NCBI RefSeq assembly: GCF_031769215.1 | Contig: NW_026782032.1 | Span: forward strand, 310,001-374,000 | Reading direction: 5' to 3' | From: Ylistrum balloti | Taxonomy: Eukaryota | Length of the DNA stretch: 64,000 bases | Shown: positions 50,201 through 61,358 of the stretch, in pieces | Numbering within the stretch: the first letter of the stretch is position 1 | Layout of the letters: the number at the start of each line of letters is the position of its first letter | The notes under the pieces: model-generated | What the model saw: the letters and a program-made list of their open reading frames with translations, nothing else | Told to the model about the DNA's origin: nothing | Databases searched by the model: none | Program-made: the position numbers and the translations under genes

Positions 50201-53200
50201 TAGGTTGTTGTGTGGATATAACTTACCTATCCGGGCTATAGGAATCCCCATCTGTAGGTTGTTATGTGGATATAACGTACCTATCCTGGCTATAGGAATC
50301 CCCATCTGTAGGTTGTTATGTGGATATAACTTACCTATCCTGGCTATAGGAACCCCCATCTGTAGGTTGTTATGTGGATATAACTTACCTATCCTGGCTA
50401 TAGGAATCCCCATCTGTAGGTTGTTATGTGGATATAACTTACCTATCCTGGCTATAGGAATCCCCATCTGTAGGTTGTTATGTGGATATAACTTACCTAT
50501 CCTGGCTATAGGAACCCCCACCTGTAGGTTATTATGTGGATATAACTTACCTATCCTGGCTATAGGAACCCCCACCTGTAGGTTATTATGTGGATATAGC
50601 TTACCTATTCGGGCTATAGGAACCCCCACCTGTAGGTTATTATGTGGATATAACTTACCTATCCGGGCTATAGGAACCCCCACCTGTAGGTTGTTATGTG
50701 GATATAACTTACCTATCCTGGCTATAGGAACCCCCACCTGTAGGTTGTTATGTGGATATAACGTACCTATCCTGGCTATAGGAACCCCCACCTGTAGGTT
50801 GTTATGTGGATATAACTTACCTATCCAGGCTATAGGAACCCCCACCTGTAGGTTATTATGTGGATATAACTTACCTATCCGGGCTATAGGAACCCCCACC
50901 CGTAGGTTATTATGTGGATATAACTTACCTATCCTGGCTATAGGAACCCCCATCTGTAGGTTGTTATGTGGATATCACTTACCTATCCTGGCTATAGGAA
51001 CCCCCATCTGTAGGTTGTTATGTGGACATAACTTACCTATCCCGGCTATAGGAACCCCCACCTGTAGGTTATTATGTGGATATAACTTACCTATCCTGGC
51101 TATAGGAACCCCCACCTGTAGGTTGTTGTGTGGATATAACTTACCTATCCGGGGTATAGGAATCCCCATCTGTAGGTTGTTATGTGGATATAGCTTACCT
51201 ATCCGGGCTATAGGAACCCCCACCTGTAGGTTGTTATGTGGATATAACTTACCTATCCGGGCTATAGGAACCCCCACCTGTAGGTTGTTATGTGGATATA
51301 ACTTACCTATCCGGGCTATAGGAATCCCCATCTGTAGGTTGTTATGTGGATATAACGTACCTATCCTGGCTATAGGAACCCCCACCTGTAGGTTGTTGTG
51401 TGGATATAACTTATTGTCTTGGCTATAGGAATCCCACACCTGTAGGTTGTTGTGTGGATATAACTTACCTATCCGGGCTATAGGAATTCCCATCTGTAGG
51501 ATTTGAACCGTGGAGTCTACAGCCTCCTGGACATTGTTGAAGGAGCAAACAGCTGATATTGTCTGTATGTATGAAATAAGATATTAACAAACAATCTATG
51601 TGTACTTTTCACTATTTATGAAAGGAAATAACAAAATCAATAGTTCAGAACAATAGTTTCTGTCTGAAAAGTCTCATTGCAGGAAGGAGACCATCTAGAA
51701 TCACATGATGCAAATCATTGTCTTCATACTTTAAACTTATTACCATCAAATATGAACAAAATCAGATAAATTAAGTAAACAAGTAACAGGCACACATATC
51801 TCAGAATATATGAAGAAAGGAAAAAAATAGTGGCCATCTTGTATTTTGAAATTCAAACAACATATTGTGTACTGAATGAAGGCCAATAATGCTACAAAGA
51901 ATTGCAAGTTGCCAGTATCCTCGTTAAGATTTATGTCTTGTATCACTTACAGCCTCTGGTATGCCGTGGAGACGAATGGTTGCCTGGGTGATGATACCAA
52001 GTGTGCCTTCAGATCCAACAAATAGATTTGTGAGATTATATCCTGCTGAAGTTTTTCTGTAGAAATGATAAAACATGACACATATTGTTTTCAATGTATT
52101 ACAGATAAACATAAGAAGTGTGTCGAAGTATGCGTTCCAGAAAAGTCAGGTTTATCTATTACTATATTGTACTATCACTGAGATGTGTTGTAGTTGTAGC
52201 TTAATAAGAAGCAGCATTGTTTAACTAACTCACTTATATCTTTTATACATCCCATAATACAGTTCTAACATTTTACTTTACCCAAGAAGCATCACTTACT
52301 TTGTGCGCCTTCCTTTACCAGCAGTGTAGATGATACGACCATCAGGCAGAACTACTTCCATGTTAAGGACATTTTCCCTCATGGTTCCGTACCTCACAGC
52401 ATTGGTACCTGAGGCACTGGTAGCACACATGCCACACAGGGAAGCATCTGCACCAGGGTCTACAAACACAACCAAATTAGACTCAAACATATGTGTCATG
52501 TGAGTCATCAGTTTTTTGGACATTACAAAGATAATCAGGAGAGCATCCTCCTACTTAACCTCGTACAATGTCTAAAGAAGAATGAATGGATATAACTCAT
52601 TGCTATAATTTCAAACGTGATTACCTGGTAGTCAGTAGTCACTATGGCCAGCATACATAAACGGGACAAATAGACATACATACCTAGATGTAGATGAGAC
52701 ATATGGGTTGATATATCTAACCCTTAGAATACATTCAGCTTCAGTTCAGAGCTTGTCTAATGTACTATATTCTACGTGTGTAATACAAATGTATATGTAG
52801 CATATGAAATATAAAGACGCTTACAACAAATTCACGGCTATACCATAGAAACTTCTAAGTCTGTTCAGGTAACTAATAACTAAGGATGTAATTAGGTGGC
52901 CATTAGTAATGACAGCCTCCCAACACAATCAAGTGTTGTATATCTATACAACTAGATCAGTGGCCAAGTGACAAATAAATAATGAGTGTACCTATAGGAA
53001 ATGTGAGTCCCGTATCCCTTAGGTAGTTGTTTAGTGTTAATCTGGTCACCCCTGCCTCCACAGTACAGTCAAAATCCTCAGCATTGACAGATACTATTTT
53101 CTTCATCTTTGACAGGTTGAGACACAAACCTCCCTGTAACAGAGGTCAAATCAAGGAGGTTACGTGACTTTAATCAAGGTTAAATGAAGGAGGTCATGTG

Positions 53201-56005
53201 ACCTCAAACAATAACAAGATATAGTTGACATTTCGTGTTCAAGTCAAAAAAATTAAAACCAGTGTAAAATACAAAAATTATACATAATATAAAGTTCTGA
53301 GATGTCGATGGGATTGACATTAGTACAACATTTTATGTCAAGCTCCCTATTTTAATTTCACTCACCTTCAATGCATTTATGCCGCCTTCCATTCCAGTAC
53401 CAGTTCCAAAGGGGATGAGTGGCACCTCATTATCATTACACAGCTTGGCCACCCGACTCACATGTACGGTATTCTCAGCAAAGGCCACAATGTCTGGTGG
53501 TGAGGTACTGAACCAAGAAACACCGAGCATAAGATCAAAGATTTCAGCAAATGATATTACAAAATGGATTTTCTCTCTGTGGTTACTTTTGATAAGTCTG
53601 TCTCAATGCATCAACAGTTCTCAGTACCTGTAGATATTAGATCACACAAAATGTACTGGTATTTGTGAATGACAAGATGCTTTGTCAGAATCCATAGTAA
53701 ACATCTACAAGATTAATATTTGTAAAAAATTGTATCTTCAGTGATAGAAGATTTCTAGGTGTCTGAGAGTAGACTGGTCATGACCTTGAAGGATTCCAGA
53801 GATAGGAGGTAAGGAAAGCTGAGGTTGTCACAAGGACAGGCTAGAAAATGGTCAGCTGGTGCTATTGTCAGCAAAGCAGAGAACACACTAGAGAAGCAGG
53901 GCACCATAGGAAGCATGTGTGTTTCAAAATTGTCTGGCTGACTAGATGTCAAAAAAATACTTTTCCTATTTGAACTAGTAAACTCCTCAGGGAGCACCTA
54001 AGTGCAGGACAGCTTTGAATTTCACAATTTTGATAACGTCCCCTTACAGGCTTTACAACTCTGAAAGAACAAATTTGAATTCCAACATTTCTATTTGTTG
54101 AGAATATTTTTGAAGATTTTGAATGCTTTGTCTCTTTGAAGGCCCCTCCCCTGGTTTCTTGAAAGAGGCCAGACCAATAAATTTCAAAATTTTGAACTGC
54201 TTAGCTCAAAGGATGCTCATGGCCCAATGTCAAAAATGTGAAAATGGTAATGAACTTAATATTTGCATGCTAACCAAACTGAGCCCTAAATTCCTCGTAA
54301 GTTAAGTGACAAAGAGTTAACACTACATGTACGTACCCAGGGATTAATCTCAACTACCAGAAACTATTAGTATTCCCCAAATGGTAATTTTTCCCTACTG
54401 AATATAAATATACTGAAAACATGGGCAAGTTTTCTCAAAAACAGAGCTATTTAGTATATTTTAACTGAACATATTTTCAACTCTTACCATCATGAGAAAG
54501 AAATATCGATCTAGCCTTAATATTGTCATATCTTATGAAATCTTCATCATGCATGTAAAATATTTAACTCTTATGAATTCTGAAGTCATGTGGGGTTTCC
54601 GCCTGCATTACTGTATTTTGACAGGAAGACAATTATGCACTCAATATCAAAATATTACCATTTTTCTGTTACATTCACCTCCCTTATATGAAGGTAATAC
54701 CAATTTTGCTACAATGCAACCTGTATCCCACCTTTCCAAAATGTACCTATTATTTAACATTTGAACTAAATACAGTTTCTGGTACAGGAGGAGCAATTTA
54801 CAATGTTCTTTTCTCACTCTCGCAGGTATAGGACAAGACAGTTCTGCATCTTGATTTGTCATTCATTGCCTTTCCTGGTTATAAAATGTAATTGAAAAAC
54901 TATCAATAACATTTCAGATAACTGAGTTGTATTTATACACATGTAAGTCAAACTGTATTTCTTTATGATCTCTTCAATTGTCTCGTTCATCCTACTGATA
55001 ATCACTCAGTACATTTTTAAAAGGTTTAGTTGAATGAGATTATTTTTTCACTGGAGTACTACATCTGGTTTTGGGACCATCTAAAAAGGAATGAAACACA
55101 GATGGGAAGGGAGGTAACTCTAGTCCTAAAAGAACTTCGCTCGGGCACATGTAAGCTATCCTCTTATAAGATTATACCATAGATGAAAATGTTGTGTATA
55201 TATGTACTAATGGGTTGGGGGAAGGGAGGTAACTCGAATTGATTGGTATTAATGTTTGGTTGAAGTTGAAACTCTTCTTATAGAAGGGAGAAAAAAAGTG
55301 ATGAAGAATAAAATTTTGGAAAGGAGATCACGCATCGTTTGATAATTTTCCTCTCAGCAGCAGTAGCGCTAACAAGAAACATCAGTCTTTTGAAAAAATA
55401 CTGAACACCAGGCTTTGCACAGATGACAGATGTTTACGCTGACAATATTTGGGAATTCAAAGAAATCTTGATTATCTCATCAAATTTTTAAAAGAATATG
55501 ATTTGATATGTACATCCAGTACTTACGCATGATAGGACTCATCATGGCCATGTTGTTCCCGTATGGCATCAGTTGTAGACACATTATCATTGCCAACTAT
55601 ATCAATGACAGCTTGGACAAAGCGATCTGGAATCTTTGCCTTTGTTACTGTCTGATCAAATATAGATGAGTGATTCAATATAAAATTTGAAATACAATTA
55701 TCCAATGGCTGACACCTACAGACGCAGATTCTCTATAGAGATGCACGTGAGTAGCATTTATCGTTTTCTTTTTATACATCAAACTGATTTTTTTAACAAA
55801 AATGCTTTACGTATAACTGGACAGCAAAAATAACAGGCTTCATATAACAGTCACAAGCAGACGATAACAAATAACATGTATACTGACAATTATCCATTCA
55901 TGCGTTCCACTCTACCTGTTTGGTGGTGTTATGATGAACAACCGTTCTATGGTATAATCGAACGGAATGCCGGCATACAGCCTGTACAAGTGTTCTACGA
56001 TACAT
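44229..56005 (-). CDS. LDHD: Mitochondrial FAD-dependent D-lactate dehydrogenase, paralog B, 497 aa; exons 56005-55916, 55651-55527, 53507-53366, 53133-52992, 52459-52300, 52056-51951, 51562-51469, 49956-49828, 49623-49496, 48022-47932, 45507-45393, 44400-44229
   Basis: Same 12-exon structure and exon lengths as paralog A, except exon 1 is one codon longer. No in-frame stops seen. Own transit-peptide-like exon ([21 protein letters not shown]). Confidence 0.94.
45285..45392 (-). repeat. Two degenerate copies of LDHD-B exon 11 end with destroyed donors
   Basis: ccatagcaac / ccatggcaac followed by aaattg / aaatga instead of gtaagt. Confidence 0.75.
46385..47650 (+). mobile_element. Decayed non-LTR retrotransposon reverse-transcriptase fragment, HERO/NeSL-like (RLE group), in LDHD-B intron 10
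   Basis: Frameshifted motifs [14 protein letters not shown]...[64 protein letters not shown]; stops and deletions; absent from the equivalent intron of paralog A. Confidence 0.85.
48830..49495 (-). repeat. 56-bp minisatellite built from LDHD-B exon 9 end, about 8 clear copies plus degenerate ones, donors mutated
   Basis: Unit (minus) ...atgacatccggtatgacccttagacctggcagttag|ataagtatggaaggc; period 56 at 49111/49167. Confidence 0.9.
50030..51468 (-). repeat. 54-bp minisatellite built from LDHD-B exon 7 end plus donor, about 26 copies
   Basis: Same unit as 28395-30005, with a mix of CAG ATG (exon-like) and CAG GTG variants. Confidence 0.96.
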
Positions 56006-57884
56006 AGATGTCTTCTTGTTGCAGATTTCCCGTTAATCTCAGCGAGGTATTACAGTAATATTGGGAGAACCAGATGACCAAAAAATTACACTGAAGTCAT
56101 GATAGAGTAGCCAATAACTTGTAGAGACAGCCAGCTGTCTCATGTGAAGTAACCGTGACTGCATAAAATTATCTGGCTCCTTGCATCCATGTGTATTTTG
56201 TTAGCTAATATTTGATAAGATCAAGAGTCCCATGAGGCCTGTATTGCTCATCGGGATGTTTCTACTTTCAATTCCAAATATTTTGATTAATATTATATTG
56301 TTTCATGTAAAACCTTCATTCAAGAAAAACAACTCAATAATGATTGCAAACTCTTAAGTCTCTTCCCCATACTGGGTCCTGCTCCCCTGATGTTCCATAG
56401 GTACTGGTTTTTATAAGGTTAGTGTGCGGTGCGTTATTTTATTTGCTATCGAAATCGAGTCAACAAGTACCCGGATGATGTAAGTGAAATCTATTTCCTT
56501 TCACCCATGGCCATACCTGAAACGAATCGAGTCATTTTTTTTCTTAACAACACTTATAGGCCAAGAAGAAGATGCATTTACAAGATTATACCACTCTACT
56601 CTATTGTATCAAGCCCCAAGGGTGAGACATAGCTACCGTCTATGTAAAATTTAATTTCCTTCATAAAAGAATGTTTCGGACTGAGTATGAACAAAATTCC
56701 TTGAAATAAAAGAAGGAATTTTGTTAACTGGCAAAGTTTTACTTATTAGGCCCAACCCTCGGGCACTAGGGCGCAAATATCAACAATTTTACAAAATTTA
56801 ACCCTAGCACGCTTCTAAACAGAATTTGTAAAATAGAATATATTCATCCCAAAAGAAAAAGGATTTTAAAGAGATTCCTTAATCTCTGATATTGAACCCC
56901 ACCCTTGGAGCCAAATTAGGGTGTCAGATCAACTGTTTATACTAAATTAAGACCCAATTCCACTTCTTATGAAACGGTCTGACAATATGACTGTGACTCT
57001 GGTATGATAGGACTAGGAATGGTAATTAGACATTTTGGTAAATTTTGGTTGAAAAGCTAGACGAACCAGTAATAAAGCTGTTTATATGGATATTTGTGAA
57101 GTTTAAGAATCCAATATGAACGAGAGAGGTCCGTATCCTGATATATAATAGACAATCTAAACCATTCCAATACTAAAATATGATTAACTAGTATTTCTTC
57201 TCTGGAGAGATTGGATAAGGCAATAAAGAACCCTATATATTTTTGCTATATTTTTTTCAACATTTTGAAACAAAATACTTTAAACTTTCCGTATTGGTTT
57301 AGCTCATGTTTTGTTATGTGATCCCCAGAAATACAAATACCCCGAGGCATATTTATACCGACTTGACCGATATCAATCAATATCTTGACAGCTTTCTGGG
57401 ACGACAAAGCAAAATTTTTTTTAATCCCTACCTACCGACTCTGTTTTTTAGGCAGAAACCGGATACAGTTTCTCCCTAATGTGTTTGTAGTGAAAAGTAG
57501 AGAAAAAGTCTGTTGTAATGTGCTGCATTGTCTGATAAATGACATGTATGAAAGGATAATGATTAGAAAAAACTTCATGTTGACGTCAAGATCCAACAAG
57601 ACCTTTAAGAGCTCCCAGGGTCATTAGGTTACTTCCCTTACAACGTTTTACCTAGTGAAAACGGGATAATGGAATATATGACGAATGGTATAACTGATGG
57701 CAGTTAATTATTACATTAGCAAAAATCGTGGCCAAATAAAGCATTTTACACTTAAGAAAGTTGATATCAAATTTGTTCTTGATTCTGTTTTTAATAAAAA
57801 AGAGTTCCGTACCTGTACTTCAAACCACATATGGAAGTTATTATAAGGCTGGGAAAATATGTATACTTATAGTCAACAGTCAGA

Positions 57885-58442
57885 CTAATCCTGACTAGTC
57901 AGACCTACGACCCCTGTCCCTGCTGTTAACTAATCCTGAATAGTCAGACCTACGACCCCTGTCCCTGCTGTTAACTAATCCTGACTAGTCAGACGTACGA
58001 CCCCTGTCCCTGCTGTTAACTAATCCTGACTAGTCAGACCTACGACCCCTGTCCCTGCTGTTAACTAATCCTGACTAGTCAGACCTACGACCCCTGTCCC
58101 TGCTGTTAACTAATCCTGACTAGTCAGACGTACGACCCCTGTCCCTGCTGTTAACTGATCCTGACTAGTCAGACCTACGACCCCTGTCCCTGCCGTTAAC
58201 TAATCCTGACTAGTCAGACCTACGACCCCTGTCCCTGCCGTTAACTAACCCTGACTAGTCAGACCTACGACCCCTGTCCCTGCCGTTAACTAATCCTGAC
58301 TAGTCAGACCTACGACCCCTGTCCCTGCCGTTAACTAATCCTGACTAGTCAGACCTACGACCCCTGTCCCTGCCGTTAACTACTCCTGACTAGTCAGACC
58401 TACGACCCCTGTCCCTGCTGTTAACTAATCCTGACTAGTCAA
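57885..58442. repeat. 45-bp minisatellite, about 12 copies, each with a 12-bp palindrome
   Basis: Unit ctaatcctgactagtcagacctacgacccctgtccctgctgttaa; starts at 57885 and 57930; palindrome CTGACTAGTCAG. Confidence 0.95.
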
Positions 58443-58644
58443 ACCCGCGACTCCTGTCACATGGCCACCAATGTGACATCCTTTATTACGTCACGTAAAA
58501 CATTGATTTCCTATAGTATTATTACGTCACTGTAATACATCCTTTGTCACCATTTGATGACGTAATAATTGCTCATCCTGGTAACTGAACTGTCACTTCG
58601 GGATTTATTAAGTGTATTGAATATAAGCAACTAAATTATTCAAC

Positions 58645-61343
58645 ATGTCGGAGAGATTAATGGAAGGAAAGATGTCCCTGTACGGGAAAAATGCCCCGTC
58701 CCCCGGGGAACTTGCTGGTCTATGGAAAAACGTCTTACAGGTGAGGAAAGCATAACATGACTTTACGAACAGGAGTGAGTAGTTTTTAAACGTTACAGTA
58801 ACTATATTCCTCTGTCTGCTTAGAACTAAGTCAGCATGTCGTGTGGTCGATAAGCAATTAATATTACATCCTGTAGATATTTATTTGTTAATTCAATGGG
58901 TCTTGCGTTCGAAATGAGGACTTTCGGCTTTTCGACAGAAGAAATCCCGTAAAAAAAGGAAAACCCTCCAAAGCCACGTGGTAACAACAGAATGGTTTTA
59001 TTGGATTTCAGAGAAGAGATGTCATCAATAAGCGACACTTGGCAACAGTGGGCAATGGAAGCCAATGGGTTGGCGTTAAACAATGGTCACAAAAAATGAT
59101 TGAAGATGGAAAGGATTCTATTTACGGTCCTCGAACACGAACTACCGTGGTAGGTAATTTTATGTACAGTCTCCTAAAACGAACTACCGTGGTAGGTAAT
59201 TTTATCTACAGTCCCAACACACTAACTACCGTGGTAGGTTATTTTATGTATGGTCCCCTAAAACAAACCATCATGGTAGGTAATTCAATCTACATTCCTC
59301 GAACACGAGCTACAGTGGTAGGTAATTTTATCTACAGTCCCCGAACACGAGCTATCGTGGTAGGTAATTCAGTCTACAGTCCCAACACACGAACTACCTT
59401 TGTAGGTAATTTTATCTACAGTCCCCGTACACGAGCTACCGTGATAGATAATTCAATCTACATTCCTCGAACACGAGCTACAGTGGTAGGTAGTTTTATC
59501 TACATTCCTCGAACACGAACTATCGTGGTAGGTAATTCAATCTACATTCCTCTAACACGAGCTACCGCGACAGGTAAATCTGTCCACGAACCCGAAAACG
59601 AGCTAATTAACCACGGAAGGTAACTCTATCCACGATTCCCGTGCACGAATTACGGTGGTGACTCCGTCTATGTTACATGCACACGAACTACGGTGATTAC
59701 TACGGTCTCCGCACGCGAACTTCTGTAGTTAGCACACTCTAACTCAATTTACGGCTCCTGCACTCAAATTACCGAAGTACGTAATTCCACCTACGGCACC
59801 CCGATACGAACTTCCGTATTAGGTAACTATCTACGGTCTCCGCACACCAATTCTCGTGGTAAGTAACTCTCTATAGGTGTTCGTACACGAACTACCATTG
59901 TACATTTTGTACTTCGTATACAGTTCGTGTACGCGAACCACCGCGGTAAAGAGGTAATATTCATTGTCTCGGTCGATCTAAAAACGTGCATTCGGAGTCA
60001 TCTTGTATATACTTTACATTTGTGATCCAATTTGATGAAAATTTGAAGTTTTTCAGTATCAGCGCGCGCTTGTACAAATTTTTGAGCATAGGATTTAAGT
60101 CACATCTAATCACATTGGATTATGTTCTGTTGCCTAAAAGTTGGTACATTTGCGCGCTGTGTGTCATAATTGCATGTGTGTGTGTGTGTGTGCGTGCGCG
60201 CGCGCACGCGCGTGTGTGTGTATGAGGGTGAGGGTGTGTGTGTGTGTGTTTTCTTTTTAATTATTTATGAGGCGGTCGATATTTTTAACTCTGTTAATGC
60301 TTTACACGTGGTTTTTAGACTGCCTGGTCTTGTATCTCCCTTTATTGTTTGTAGGCGGATGTATCGACAAATTACAAGCGGTTATTCCACATAAAGTATG
60401 GTTACGACAGTAAGATCCACAGAGATGACCGAAAACCTATGTCCACTACTGGTCAGGCTATGCATGATGAGGTATTCAGATTTTTTCTTTCTAAACGACA
60501 AGAATGATGAGGTATTCAGATTTTTTCTTTCTAAACGACAAGAATGATGAGGTATTCAGATTTTTTCTTTCTAAATGACATAGGGATGATGAGGTTCATA
60601 TTTTTTTCTTTCTAAATGACATAGGGATGATGAGGTAGTCAGATTTTTCTTCCTTCTAAATGACATAGGGATGATGAGATAGTCAGATTGTTTTCGTTCG
60701 TAATGACACAGGGATGACGAGGTATCAATATTTTTCTTACTGTTTCCGACTGTTATCGTATAAGGGTCGTCTCCACGGACGAGGACTTGAACATCTGATA
60801 ACTCTAGAACTTGCCATTGTTTGTCTTCACCGTAATATTCTACACATCTCACATAGACATTTCGCGATATACTTTGTATACATTTTGTGCCGATGTCGAA
60901 CCTGATTTTTAACTATACCACTGACGATATTAAAACCACAGGAACTAGAGAAATTGTTGTAAGTTTAGACATTTCTGTGTGTTAGTTAAACATTCAGAAA
61001 AGTCCGTCTACAAGGTGCGCAGACGGGTATCCTTTATATCAAACGAAATGTTCAATTAGATACGGCCAATTTCCCATCTCCTTCCTTTCGACCCCTCGAA
61101 AATGTAGGACGTTGAAACACATGGAGATATTCCCTCTTCGTTAAAACCGGAAGTGTACAGGATTTCCTCCATCTTTGTTTCCAGGAGACCCGCCGGACTG
61201 TTCCGGTTCTGACTTCATCCCAGTATGGAAATCGTGTGTATAAACCACTGGAAACCTTCAGTCGTTCGCACGTATGTATCGAACACATACAGAAAGGCTT
61301 CTACCACAAACGGGGTACGGGATTACCTCCCCTGGAGCCATAG
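58645..61343 (+). CDS. CFAP90: CFAP90/C5orf49-like cilia/flagella-associated small protein, 169 aa; exons 58645-58740, 59012-59149, 60355-60471, 61185-61343
   Basis: All phase-0 GT-AG joins. RLFHIKYGYDSKIHRDDR...DE|ETRRTVPVLTSSQYGNR...FY matches the remembered C5orf49 core (YDQKLHRDDREH...EEE..PVGVLTSSVYGKR...FY). AATAAA at 61353-61358. Exons 3-4 are well supported; exons 1-2 rest on splice signals and frame only. Confidence 0.72.
59115..59960 (+). repeat. 42-bp minisatellite built from the CFAP90-like exon 2 end plus donor, about 12 clear copies then degenerate
   Basis: Unit acgaactaccgtg|gtaggtaattttatctacagtcccaacac-like; period 42 at 59147/59189; open in the exon frame to the stop at 59623. 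Confidence 0.88.
60171..60249. repeat. (GT)n/(GC)n compound microsatellite
   Basis: Strict pyrimidine-purine alternation over 60171-60224, including the 18-bp palindrome 60192-60209. Confidence 0.9.
60463..60730 (+). repeat. About 40-bp minisatellite built from the CFAP90-like exon 3 end plus donor, about 7 copies
   Basis: Unit gatgag|gtattcagattttttctttctaaacgacaagaat; starts at the real donor (60472) and decays distally. Confidence 0.88.
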
Positions 61344-61352
61344 CTTCAACCA

Positions 61353-61358
61353 AATAAA
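61353..61358 (+). terminator. Polyadenylation signal of the CFAP90-like gene
   Basis: AATAAA 10 nt after the TAG stop. Confidence 0.65.

Noticed and set aside
53755-53997. 80-aa ORF with an acceptor-like site in LDHD-B intron 2
   Set aside because: No matching donor before its stop, no counterpart in paralog A, and no recognisable domain.
12810-58442. CRISPR-like appearance of the regular arrays
   Set aside because: Units are contiguous with no unique spacers, there are no cas genes, and the context is a spliced eukaryotic genome.
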